A stretch of DNA of 64,000 nucleotides. It comes from Eledone cirrhosa. Lineage: Eukaryota. This document shows positions 23,991-36,100 of this stretch, one piece after another. A program made the translations under genes and the position numbers. Position 1 is the stretch's first letter. The number at the start of each line of letters is the position of its first letter. Location: assembly GCA_964016885.1 (NCBI GenBank), contig OZ024744.1, positions 117,118,001-117,182,000 on the forward strand. Reading direction: 5' to 3'. The notes under the pieces were generated by a model. The model saw only the letters and a list, made by a program, of their open reading frames with translations, was not told the origin of the DNA and ran no database searches.

Positions 23991-24863
23991 AGCTCCTTTC
24001 TTCTGTCAGGTGTTGTGACTGACAGATAGTATCAACAATAGAAAGACGAATAGAAACATTGTTTCCTTGGTCTGATCTGATGATCAGCTTTCTTCTGTCA
24101 GGAGTTGTGACTGACAGATAGTATCAACAATAGAAAGACCAATAGAAACATTGTTTCCTTGGTCTGATCTGATGATCAGCTCCTTTCTTCTGTCAGGAGT
24201 TGTGACTGACAGATAGTATCAGTAATAGAAAGACCAATAGAAACATTGTTTCCTTGGTCTGATCTGATGATCAGCTCCTTTCTTCTGTCAGGAGTTGTGA
24301 CTGACAGATAGTATCAGTAATAGAAAGACCAATAGAAACATTGTTTCCTTGGTCTGATCTGATGATCAGCTCCTTTCTTCTGTCAGGAGTTGTGACTGAC
24401 AGATAGTATCAACAATAGAAAGACCAATAGAAACATTGTTTCTTTCATCTGATCTGAGGATCAGCACCTTTCTTCTGCCAGTAGTTGTGACTGACAGATA
24501 GTATCAGTAATGGAAAGACCAATAGAAACATTGTTTCCTTGGTCTGATCTGATGATCAGCTCTTTTCTTCTGTCAGGAGTTGTGACTGACAAATAGTATC
24601 AACAATAGAAAGACCAATAGAAACATTGTTTACTTGGTCTGATCTGATGATCAGCTTCTTTCTTCTGTCAGGAGTTGTGACTGACAGATAGTATCAGTAA
24701 TGGAAAGACCAATAGAAACATTGTTTCCTTGGTCTGATCTGATGATCAGCTCTTTTCTTCTGTCAGGAGTTGTAACTGACAAATAGTATCAACAATAGAA
24801 AGACGAATAGAAACATTGTTTCATTGGTCAGATCTGATGATCAGCTCCTTTCTTCTGCCAGGT
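23885..24863 (+). repeat. 95-bp minisatellite (~10 copies) carrying hammerhead core motifs
   Basis: Unit ctgatgatcagctcctttcttctgtcaggagttgtgactgacagatagtatcagtaatagaaagaccaatagaaacattgtttccttggtctgat; gatgatcagc recurs at 24171, 24361, 24551 and 24741 (2 x 95 bp). Confidence 0.95.
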
Positions 24864-25619
24864 GTTCTAAAAAGTAAGACCACAGTAAATATAGCTTTAG
24901 TTAAACTATATACAAAATACCAACAAGAAGTGATTTGTTGGATAACACACATTGACAAATGTATTAAAGAGTGATCTGCCCCTGAATATCAGGTTGTGTT
25001 ACCTTACTCACCAGAAGTCTATATTTCTGCTGACCAGTTAAATAACAGGACTGCAGTAGATGAACACCACTAACTGTTTGTCTTTTACAAGATCACAGAC
25101 AATACTTTACAAAGTTTTCGTTTGCATGGCAAGTAGGAAACATGGAATGTTACTTTGATAAAAGTGTTCTCAATGTGTTGAACATTCTTCCCATATTTAG
25201 CATAATCTTCATTTTATTCTTAGTTTTAATTTCATAGTATTACTGCAAATTGTTCACATTCATTGGTTGCCGACCGAGAACTGTTCGAATACTAACATCA
25301 CGCTATCATTGACTTACCATAATATTTCTAATGTAGTTTCTCATATTACACATGTTTTTCTGTACTCTGTTTCACCGACAGACAACTGTGGTGCACACAT
25401 GTTTGTACTCTGTTGCACCGACAGACAACTGTGTTGCACACAACATGTTTTTCTTGTGGCAACAGAAATAAATCAAGGAAGAAATACTTGCAAATGTAAA
25501 AGTTGTAGCAAGCGTCTCATTCTACCACTTGATTCAAAACCAAATAATAAAAAGCACTGGCTATATTTGTATTTGGCAAGTTTTATATGAGATATACTAC
25601 ATGTACTGCTAGTTGTTGG

Positions 25620-26360
25620 GGTGCCACTGATACAACCAGTTGATGGGGTTCCACACTAGATGTGTCACTGGTACAGCCAGTTGTTAGGCTACCACTCTAG
25701 ATGTGCCACTGGTACAGCCAGTTGTTAGGTTACCACTCTAGATGTGCCACTGATACAACCAGTTGATAGGGTTCCACACTAGATGTGTCACTGGTACAGC
25801 CAGTTGTTAGGCTACCACACTAGATGTGCCACTGGTACAGCCAGTTGTTAGGCTACCACTCTAGATGTGTCACTGGTACAGCCAGTTGTTAGGCTACCAC
25901 TCTAGATGTGCCTCTGGTACAGCCAGTTGTTAGGCTACCACTCTAGATGTGCCACTGGTACAGCCAGTTGTTAGGCTACCACTCTAGATGTGTCACTGGT
26001 ACAGCCAGTTGTTAGGCTACCACTCTAGATGTGCCACTGGTACAGCCAGTTGTTAGGCTACCACTCTAGATGTGTCACTGGTACAGCCAGTTGTTAGGCT
26101 ACCACTCTAGATGTGCCACTGGTACAGCCAGTTGTTAGGCTACCACTCTAGATGTGCCACTGGTACAGCCAGTTGTTAGGCTACCACTCTAGATGTGTCA
26201 CTGGTACAGCCAGTTGTTAGGCTACCACTCTAGATGTGCCACTGGTACAGCCAGTTGTTAGGCTACCACTCTAGATGTGCCACTGGTACAGCCAGTTGTT
26301 AGGCTACCACTCTAGATGTGCCTCTGGTACAGCCCGGTGTTGTGGTGCCACACTAGATGG
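25620..26360. repeat. 41-bp minisatellite (~18 copies)
   Basis: Unit tagatgtgccactggtacagccagttgttaggctaccactc. Confidence 0.95.
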
Positions 26361-26494
26361 CCAACGGTATATCCAAATGTTGGGGGTTCCAATGACTGAC
26401 TGTATCTAGGGTGGCATCCCTTCAGTGAGATGTTAGGGGTTTTTCCAGTTTCTTAAAAGACTTAACAGAAACGAAGAATTGTGTTTGACTGGCA

Positions 26495-26645
26495 CACGTG
26501 TACACATACATAAACACATATATATATATATAGAGAGAGAGACACACACACAGACACATATATACACACACAAACGCAGACACACATACACACACAGGAC
26601 ACATACACAGGACATACACACACATACACATACACACATACACAT

Positions 26646-26678
<33 letters not shown>

Positions 26679-26802
26679 TACAGACATACACATACACAGA
26701 TACACACATACACAGACACACATACACAGGACACACACATACACAGACACACTCATACACAGACAAACAGACACATACACAGACAAACAGACACATACAC
26801 AA

Positions 26803-26872
<70 letters not shown>

Positions 26873-27123
26873 GACATACACATACAAACATACACATACA
26901 CAGATACACAGACACACATACACAGGACATACACAGACACACTCATACACAGACAAACAGACACATACACAAGACACACACAGGACACACACACACACAC
27001 ACACATACACACACACACACACATACAAACATACACATACACAGATACACAGACACACATACACAGGACATACACAGACACACTCATACACAGACAAACA
27101 GACACATACACAAGACACACACA

Positions 27124-27167
<44 letters not shown>

Positions 27168-27447
27168 ACAGACATACACATATACAGATACACAGACACA
27201 CATACACAGGACACACACATACACAGACACACTCATACACAGACAAACAGACACATACACAAGACACACACACACATACATACACACAGACAAACCCTGA
27301 CACTCATGCAGGCACAGACAGATATATACAGTGATAAATACACACACAGACTCACAGACATGCATACATACATACAGATATAGAGATACAGATACACACA
27401 CACTGACTTACACATAGACACCAACACCCCCACAGATACAGACACAT
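26495..27447. repeat. Compound (CA)n/CAGA/CATA microsatellite with higher-order duplications
   Basis: Read directly; the block acacagacacactcatacacagacaaacagacacatacac recurs four times. Confidence 0.95.
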
Positions 27448-27511
27448 AATAAGTCCACTTTGTGTTTTGGTTTCATTGGTTTTACATCCATTTTACATAT
27501 TTGAATGTGTT

Positions 27512-30500
27512 CGATGGGATGTTAGGTTTTAGCCCAGTTTCTTGTTAACCTATTGACAGTGTAAACCCACTGACACTTGATGGGATGTTAGGGTTCAGCG
27601 AAGTTTCTTGTTAACCTATTGACAGTGTAAACCTACTGACACTCGATGGGATGTTAGGGTTCAGCCCAGTTTCTTGTTAACCTATTGACAGTGTAAACCC
27701 ACTGACACTCGATGGGATGTTAGGGTTTAGCCCAGTTTCTTGTTAACCTATTGACAGTGTAAACCCACTGACACTCGATGGGATGTTAGGGTTTAGCCCA
27801 GTTTCTTGTTAACCTATTGACAGTGTAAACCTACTGACACTCGATGGGATGTTAGGTTTTAGCCCAGTTTCTTGTTAACCTATTGACAGTGTAAACCCAC
27901 TGACACTTGATGGGATGTTAGGGTTCAGCGAAGTTTCTTGTTAACCTATTGACAGTGTAAACCTACTGACACTCGATGGGATGTTAGGGTTCAGCCCAGT
28001 TTCTTGTTAACCTATTGACAGTGTAAACCCACTGACACTCGATGGGATGTTAGGGTTTAGCCCAGTTTCTTGTAAACCCACTGACACTCGATGGGATGTT
28101 AGGGTTTAGCCCAGTTTCTTGTTAACCTATTGACAGTGTAAACCTACTGACACTCGATGGGATGTTAGGTTTTAGCCCAGTTTCTTGTTAACCTATTGAC
28201 AGTCTAAACCTACTGACACTCGATGGGATGTTAGGTTTTAGCCCAGTTTCTTGTTAACCTATTGACAGTCTAAACCTACTGACACTCGATGTGATGTTAG
28301 GTTTTAGCCCAGTTTCTTGTTAACCTATTGACAGTGTAAACCTACTGACACTTGATGGGATGTTAGGGTTCAGCCCAGTTTCTTGTTAACCTATTGACAG
28401 TGTAAACCCACTGACACTCGATGTGATGTTAGGTTTTAGCCCGGTTTCTTGTTAACCTATTGACAGTGTAAACCTACTGACACTCGATGGGATGTTAGGG
28501 TTCAGCCCAGTTTCTTGTTAACCTATTGACAGTGTAAACCCACTGACACTCGATGTGATGTTAGGGTTCAGCGAAGTTTCTTGTTAACCTATTGACAGTG
28601 TAAACCTACTGACACTCGATGTGATGTTAGGGTTCAGCCCAGTTTCTTGTTAACCTATTGACAGTGTAAACCTACTGACACTTGATGGGATGTTAGGGAT
28701 CAGCCCAGTTTCTTGTTAACCTATTGACAGTGTAAACCCACTGACACTTGATGGGATGTTAGGGTCCAGCCCAGTTTCTTGTTAACCTATTGACAGTGTA
28801 AACCCACTGACACTTGATGGGATGTTAGGGTTTAGCTCAGTTTCTTGTTAACATATTGACAGTCTAAACCTACTGACACTTGATGTGATGTTAGGGTTTA
28901 GCTCAGTTTCTTGTTAACCTATTGACAGTGTAAACCTACTGACACTCGATGGGATGTTACGGTTCAGCCCAGTTTCTTGTTAACCTATTGACAGTGTAAA
29001 CCCACTGACACTCGATGGGATGTTAGGGTTCAGCGAAGTTTCTTGTTAACCTATTGACAGTGTAAACCCACTGACACTCGATGTGATGTTAGGTTTTAGC
29101 CCAGTTTCTTGTTAACCTATTGACAGTGTAAACCTACTGACACTTGATGGGATGTTAGGGTTCAGCCCAGTTTCTTGTTAACCTATTGACAGTGTAAACC
29201 CACTGACACTTGATGGGATGTTAGGGTTCAGCCCAGTTTCTTGTTAACCTATTGACAGTGTAAACCCACTGACACTTGATGGGATGTTAGGGTTTAGCTC
29301 AGTTTCTTGTTAACCTATTGACAGTGTAAACCTACTGACACTTGATGTTATGTTAGGGTTTAGCTCAGTTTCTTGTTAACCTATTGACAGTCTAAACCGA
29401 CTGACACTCGATGGGATGTTAGGGTTCAGCCCAGTTTCTTGTTAACCTATTGACAGTGTAAACCCACTGACACTCGATGGGATGTTAGGGTTCAGCGAAG
29501 TTTCTTGTTAACCTATTGACAGTGTAAACCCACTGACACTCGATGTGATGTTAGGGTTTAGCTCAGTTTCTTGTTAACCTATTGACAGTCTAAACCTACT
29601 GACACTCGATGGGATGTTAGGGTTCAGCCCAGTTTCTTGTTAACCTATTGACAGTGTAAACCCACTGACACTCGATGGGATGTTAGGGTTCAGCGAAGTT
29701 TCTTGTTAACCTATTGACAGTCTAAACCCACTGACACTCGATGGGATGTTAGGTTTTAGCCCAGTTTCTTGTTAACCTATTGACAGTCTAAACCTACTGA
29801 CACTCGATGGGATGTTAGGGTTCAGCCCAGTTTCTTGTTAACCTATTGACAGTATAAACCTACTGACACTTGATGGGATGTTAGGGTTCAGCCCAGTTTC
29901 TTGTTAACCTATTGACAGTCTAAACCCACTGACACTTGATGGGATGTTAGGGTTTAGCTCAGTTTCTTGTTAACCTATTGACAGTGAAAACCCACTGACT
30001 CTCGATGGGATGTTAGGTTTCAGCCCAGTTTCTTGTTAACCTATTGACAGTGTAAACCCACTGACACTTGATGGGATGTTAGGGTTTAGCTCAGTTTCTT
30101 GTTAACCTATTGACAGTCTAAACCCACTGACACTCGATGGGATGTTAGGTTTCAGCCCAGTTTCTTGTTAACCTATTGACAGTCTAAACCCACTGACACT
30201 CGATGTGATGTTAGGTTTTCGCCCAGTTTCTTGTTAACCTATTGACAGTGTAAACCCACTGACTCTCGATGTGATGTTAGGGTTCAGCCCAGTTTCTTGT
30301 TAACCTATTGACAGTGTAAACCCACTGACACTTGATGGGATGTTAGGGTTTAGCTCAGTTTCTTGTTAACCTATTGACAGTCTAAACCTACTGACACTCG
30401 ATGGGATGTTAGGGTTCAGCCCAGTTTCTTGTTAACCTATTGACAGTATAAACCTACTGACACTTGATGGGATGTTAGGGTTCAGCGAAGTTTCTTGTTA

Positions 30501-31335
30501 ACCTATTGACAGTGTAAACCCACTGACACTTGATGGGATGTTAGGGTTTAGCTCAGTTTCTTGTTAACCTATTGACAGTGTAAACCCACTGACTCTCGAT
30601 GGGATGTTAGGTTTCAGCCCAGTTTCTTGTTAACCTATTGACAGTGTAAACCTACTGACACTTGATGGGATGTTAGGGTTCAGCGAAGTTTCTTGTTAAC
30701 CTATTGACAGTGTAAACCCACTGACACTCGATGTGATGTTAGGTTTTAGCCCAGTTTCTTGTTAACCTATTGACAGTCTAAACCTACTGACACTTGATGG
30801 GATGTTAGGTTTCAGCGAAGTTTCTTGTTAACCTATTGACAGTCTAAACCCACTGATACTTGATGGGATGTTAGGGTTTAGCCCAGTTTCTTGTTAACCT
30901 ATTGACAGTGTAAACCCACTGATACTTGATGGGATGTTAGGGTTTAGCCCAGTTTCTTGTTAACCTATTGACAGTGTAAACCCACTGACACTTGATGTGA
31001 TGTTAGGGTTCAGCGAAGTTTCTTGTTAACCTATTGACAGTGTAAACCTACTGACACTTGATGGGATGTTAGGGTTTAGCTCAGTTTCTTGTTAACCTAT
31101 TGACAGTGTAAACCCACTGATACTTGATGGGATGTTAGGGTTTAGCTCAGTTTCTTGTTAACCTATTGACAGTGTAAACCCACTGACACTTGATGGGATG
31201 TTAGGGTTTAGCCCAGTTTCTTGTTAACCTATTGACAGTGTAAACCCACTGATACTTGATGGGATGTTAGGGTTCAGCGAAGTTTCTTGTTAACCTATTG
31301 ACAGTGTAATCCCACTGACACTTGATGGGATGTTA
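27512..31335. repeat. 66-bp satellite (~58 copies)
   Basis: Unit gatgggatgttagggttcagcccagtttcttgttaacctattgacagtgtaaacccactgacactc. Confidence 0.97.
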
Positions 31336-32641
31336 TTCCATTGCATGTTTATATCCCTACTGTTCTTGCTGGAACCCATTTCTAGTTGACTGGAGCAGCA
31401 TGAGATGTTATCCGTAAACCCTTTAGCATTTAAACCAGCTGTATCCTGCCAGAATTCTCTCACCTCTTTCTGTTCAAACTAGCTGTAATTGGCTGCTCAT
31501 ACTTATGTTAATAAGTAATAAATAATATCAAAATCTCATAGGTTCAATGTTATGTGACATAATTATGTGAAATAAAGTGTTTACTGTGAAAATACAATAG
31601 TATATATAGAGTAATGTAAATGTTATGTGAGATATTATGGGAGGTAAAGTCTTTACTGTGAAAATACAATAGTATATATAGAGTAATGTAAATGTTATGT
31701 GAGATATTATGTAAGGTAAAGCCTTTACTGTGAAAATACAATAGTATATATAGAGTAATGTAAATGTTATGTGAGATATTATGGGAGGTAAAGTCTTTAC
31801 TGTGAAAATACAATAGTATATAGAGAGTAATGTAAATGTTATGTGGGGTATTATGTGAGGTAAAGCCTTTACTGTGAAAATACGATAGTATATATAGAGT
31901 AATATAAATGTTATGTGAGATATTATGTGAGGTAAAGCCTTTACTGTGATAATACAATAGTATATATAGAGTAATGTAAATGTTATGTGAGGTATTTTGT
32001 GAGGTAAAGCCTTTACTGTGAAAATACAATAGTATATATAGAGTAATGTAAATGTTATGTGAGATATTATGTGAGGTAAAGCCTTTACTGTGAAAATACA
32101 ATAGTATATATAGAGTAATGTAAATGTTATGTGAGGTATTTTGTGAGGTAAAGCCTTTACTGTGAAAATACAATAGTATATATAGACTAATATAAATGTT
32201 ATGTGAGATATTATGTGAGGTAAAGCCTTTACTGTGAAAATACAATAGTATATATAGAGTAATATAAATGTTATGTGAGATATTATGTGAGGTAAAGCCT
32301 TTACTGTGAAAATACAATAGTATATATAGAGTAATGTAAATGTTATGTGAGATATGATGTAAGGTAAAGCCTTTACTGTGAAAATACAATAGTATATATA
32401 GAGTGGTTTCTTTATTTGCCACTAGGGCACAAAAGGTAGGGACAGATACAAGGGGGGAAGTTTACATATAATTAACGAGTACAAAATTATAACAATGAAA
32501 TAACAACAACAAACGAAGTCCTCAATAGGGAGGGGGCATTAACATGGGTCGCACACACCCCGGAAAAAATGTGTAACCCTTCTCCTCAGGAGCACAAAGA
32601 GTAGGTGCTTCCCTCGTCTCCTCTTTTTCCTCTTCTTTCAC

Positions 32642-35600
32642 CTACAGGCTGATATAGAGAGAAGACCCATTCACTCTGGCCATTCTCCCTACTTTCACCC
32701 ACCTTTCATAAAACTTGCTGGGGTAGAGCACCTCTCTCTCCATTCTGATCCTTCTTTTAAAATGGTATTTGAAAAAGGGGACCAGTTGTTGGCCGGAGAG
32801 AAAGGTGTCTGACCTCAGCCCTTTCAGCCTCGTCCACCAAACAACTTCTTTAGCCATGGCTACCACACAGAGAAAAACCGCCTCTCCTTCGTTTTTGAAA
32901 GGGGGAGGCGGTTTGATCGTGACAATGGACTCGGTGGTCAACCGGATTGGTCCCACCCTCGACAGTAGTCGTTCCACATAGCCCCACAGGTCAGCAATGC
33001 CTGGGCAGTGTACGAATGCGTGCACAACGGTTTCGTCATCATGCACGCATCTCGGACAGATCTTATTCAAAGGATCTCTACCCAGGCTCCCATGCCTGTG
33101 GAGCTTGTCTCGAACGGGTAGAGCCCCTCGGTAGCACTGCCAAGCCAGGGACTTTTGGAAGTTGTCCATCGGTCCAGGGCCAAACGTCCTACCGAACAGA
33201 CTGGCCAGTTCATCTTCCTCCATGCCTAGAGCTTCTCCGAGAGCATCGTCGCACCTGCTGCGTACCAACCCTCTATAGAATGTCGACGTGGAGTCTCCAC
33301 TGATTGCCGGGTCCGCTTTCCAGAGGGCCGTGAGCGCCTGGGCACATTCAATGTGCCAGTCGCCCACTTTTCTCGGTCTTTGTTTGACCCAGGATTGCAG
33401 CTCGGTGAGCGAGACGAGTCTGGGAAAGGCTTGCCTCACAAACGGGGCCCACACCGGTTGACCGGTGAGGAATACCTGGAGGTACCGTAGCCTTAATGCG
33501 TGTTTACGCATCTGTAGCCACGGCATCCCCAGCCCTCCTTTCGAAGGGTGTTGACAGCAGATGGATCTCCTCACCAAAGGGGTCCGCTTGTTCCAAAGAA
33601 ATTGGAACAGCGCACACTCCATTTTGGCGTGTCTTTTCACTGGGCAAGGCACGACGGTCAAGCGGTAGTAGATGACGGATACTATATAAGTATTCGCCAC
33701 CTCCGCTCGACCTTTCAGGGATAGTTTGCACTGGGCCCACTTCTGGGTGAGTGCAAACACCCTGGCCGTTACCTCGTTCCAGTTTTTCTCCACCTGGAGG
33801 TCTGGTCCGAACCAGACCCCAAGCAGCTTCACCGGGCCCTCCGTCCAGCGTCCGACGACGTCGTTGGAGGGCATCGGTTTGCCTCTCCATGTTCCGAGTT
33901 GCAAACCGACGGACTTGTCCCGGTTCAGCTTGGCTCCTGTAAACCTTTCATATTCCTCCAGTAAGGTGCCGATCTCACCGATTTGCGAGGTTTTCGACAC
34001 CATTACTGTCACGTCATCGGCGTAGGCCGACGCCGCTTTCTGCAATCCCGGTTCCAAAGGGATGCCCTGCAACCGCTCCAACTTCCGCAGTAGTGGCTCA
34101 AGAGCCAGCACATACAGTAGGGAGGAGAGAGGGCATCCCTGTCGGATGGATCGCATGATTTGGAACGGCTCCGAGAGGTGGCCGTTCACCTTGACCCTTG
34201 AGCAGACGTTGCTGCTGTGCATCGCAGCAATCCAACCCCTGAAAACGGGTCCGAAGCCTGCCGCCGCGAGCACCGCATCCAGGTAACGATGGTCAACCCT
34301 ATCGAAAGCTTTAGATTGATCCAAGTTGATCAGGGCCCCACCAAAGCCGGGTTCATTCCCTACCCTCTCTATGATGTATCGCATAAGGTGGAGATTGTCG
34401 TGAATGGACCTGGACGGGATTGCGCATGTCTGCGCTTCTCCCACCAGGTTTCCAACGACAAGCGCCAACCTCTTCGCTAACACCTTGGCCAAAATCTTTA
34501 ACTCTGTATTTAGCAGAGTTATGGGCCTGAAGTTACTTATGTCATCCCCCTTGTTCTCATCCTTCCTCACCAGCGTAACTACGCCCTTGGTCACAGAACT
34601 GGGAATTCTCCCGTTCTGCTGCCAGTTGCAGTAGACCGCTTCGAGGATATCGGAGAACAAGTCCGGCATCGCTACATATAGCTCGTATGGTAGACCATCG
34701 AGACCCGGGGATTTGCGTTTGCCGCATTGGCTCAGCGCCGCCCCTATCTCAGCAGCTGAAATCGTCCTTTCGCAGGACTTCGCCTCCGCGTCTGAGAGGC
34801 GCGGCAGACCGTCGAGGTATGGATTGAAATCCATAGTCTCACCCGGCGCGCCGCCCCTCTCGAACAGTCGTGCAAAGTGCCGCTGAAAGGCCGCACACAT
34901 CTGCCCAGGTTCAAGGATCACACGCCCATCCTGGTCCTTCAAAGACCGAATCGTGGACTTGTTCCCACTTTTTGCCTCTGTCACTCGGGCCCAGCTTACA
35001 GCTTTGGCTCCCTCATTACCCAGAGCACGTATTTTACTCCTGACAACGCAGCCTTCATGCTTCACCTCAAAGAACTGGTCTAAGGCTATTCTTGATGCCA
35101 GCACGCCGGCTACATTGCCACTCCTAATCGCCTCTTCTACTCTATCTACTAATTCCCTTTCCGTCTTGTTCCTATCCCTTGCTAATTCCTGACTAAAACC
35201 TATCGATTCTATTCTAATTGCTCTCTTAAGAGAGCTCCACCACCTGTTGTTGACAATTGCCCCTGTCAAACTCTGCTTAACTAACGTGCTAATCCGTTTA
35301 CTGTAAGCTTTGCTTCTCGGTAAGGACAAGTTCAGCTTCCAGTAACCGGGTCCCTGTCTATGGGTTCTATCAAGGTTGGCTATGCAGGTCACTAACTTGT
35401 GATCCGAATAGTCAACCATGAACATTTTTGGACAGCTAAATGTGTCCCTATCGTTCTCTCTAACTAGGACCCTATCTAGGTACGACCTAGATGTTCCACT
35501 GCGATTGGTCCACGTCCATAGTGGTACAGTCGGAAAATCTAGTCGATATCTATCGACCAGGTCAAATCGGCCGATTAACCTTTTGAGGCTTTTACACCCC

Positions 35601-36079
35601 CCTCTATTGGCACATGCCCCTACATAGTCCCAACGTGCATCCAGGATACCATTCCAGTCTCCCACTAAAAGCAAGGAGCGGGACGTTCCCAGAAAAGTTT
35701 CCAGACGTTGGAAGTATTCCGGCCGCGCTGCCCAAAAGGGGGCGTACACAGCTATTAGTCTAAGGGCTCCACTTTCACTACTGTCGACGTCTAAAACCAC
35801 CAGTCGACCCTCCGGGTCCAGGTGCACCTTCTGTATGGCGAGGCCCAGGTGTTTTCGCAGCAGAACGACAACTCCACCCCCACCCCCCGGTTGACAGAGA
35901 GATGCGAAGATCTCAAAGTCGTCGAAGAGGGGCGCCAGTTGGTGCTCGCTGCTGATCCTGGACTCGCAAATAGCCATTACATCCATTCTATGCGACCTGA
36001 GATCGTTTAAAAGTTTGCCTTGTTTCCAAGACAGTCCCAGGCCACGTACATTCAGACACCCAACTCTTATATCAGCCAT
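32642..36079 (-). CDS. Tx1-like ORF2: APE endonuclease, reverse transcriptase, C-terminal CCHC
   Basis: Uninterrupted 1145 aa: CLNVRGL, VYAP, GDWN, YLDRV, SDHK; KSPGLDGL, FRPITLLN, LDQSKAFDRVDH, QGCPLS, YADD; CPRC..ETVVHAFVHC. Confidence 0.95.
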   Translation of the reverse strand: MADIRVGCLNVRGLGLSWKQGKLLNDLRSHRMDVMAICESRISSEHQLAPLFDDFEIFASLCQPGGGGGVVVLLRKHLGLAIQKVHLDPEGRLVVLDVDSSESGALRLIAVYAPFWAARPEYFQRLETFLGTSRSLLLVGDWNGILDARWDYVGACANRGGCKSLKRLIGRFDLVDRYRLDFPTVPLWTWTNRSGTSRSYLDRVLVRENDRDTFSCPKMFMVDYSDHKLVTCIANLDRTHRQGPGYWKLNLSLPRSKAYSKRISTLVKQSLTGAIVNNRWWSSLKRAIRIESIGFSQELARDRNKTERELVDRVEEAIRSGNVAGVLASRIALDQFFEVKHEGCVVRSKIRALGNEGAKAVSWARVTEAKSGNKSTIRSLKDQDGRVILEPGQMCAAFQRHFARLFERGGAPGETMDFNPYLDGLPRLSDAEAKSCERTISAAEIGAALSQCGKRKSPGLDGLPYELYVAMPDLFSDILEAVYCNWQQNGRIPSSVTKGVVTLVRKDENKGDDISNFRPITLLNTELKILAKVLAKRLALVVGNLVGEAQTCAIPSRSIHDNLHLMRYIIERVGNEPGFGGALINLDQSKAFDRVDHRYLDAVLAAAGFGPVFRGWIAAMHSSNVCSRVKVNGHLSEPFQIMRSIRQGCPLSSLLYVLALEPLLRKLERLQGIPLEPGLQKAASAYADDVTVMVSKTSQIGEIGTLLEEYERFTGAKLNRDKSVGLQLGTWRGKPMPSNDVVGRWTEGPVKLLGVWFGPDLQVEKNWNEVTARVFALTQKWAQCKLSLKGRAEVANTYIVSVIYYRLTVVPCPVKRHAKMECALFQFLWNKRTPLVRRSICCQHPSKGGLGMPWLQMRKHALRLRYLQVFLTGQPVWAPFVRQAFPRLVSLTELQSWVKQRPRKVGDWHIECAQALTALWKADPAISGDSTSTFYRGLVRSRCDDALGEALGMEEDELASLFGRTFGPGPMDNFQKSLAWQCYRGALPVRDKLHRHGSLGRDPLNKICPRCVHDDETVVHAFVHCPGIADLWGYVERLLSRVGPIRLTTESIVTIKPPPPFKNEGEAVFLCVVAMAKEVVWWTRLKGLRSDTFLSGQQLVPFFKYHFKRRIRMEREVLYPSKFYERWVKVGRMARVNGSSLYISL

Positions 36080-36100
36080 GTTGGTTAAAAGAGGAAGGAC

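Noticed and set aside
21664-27445. Many YI-, CV- and HT-rich ORFs (also at 18.6, 42, 44.7, 48.4 and 52.1 kb)
   Set aside because: Artefacts of (TA)n and (CA)n microsatellites.
23885-31335. Tandem arrays as CRISPR arrays
   Set aside because: Units are contiguous with no unique spacers, there are no cas genes, and the context is eukaryotic.
27512-31335. Interstitial telomere
   Set aside because: Only single TTAGGG hexamers per 66-bp unit, never in tandem.
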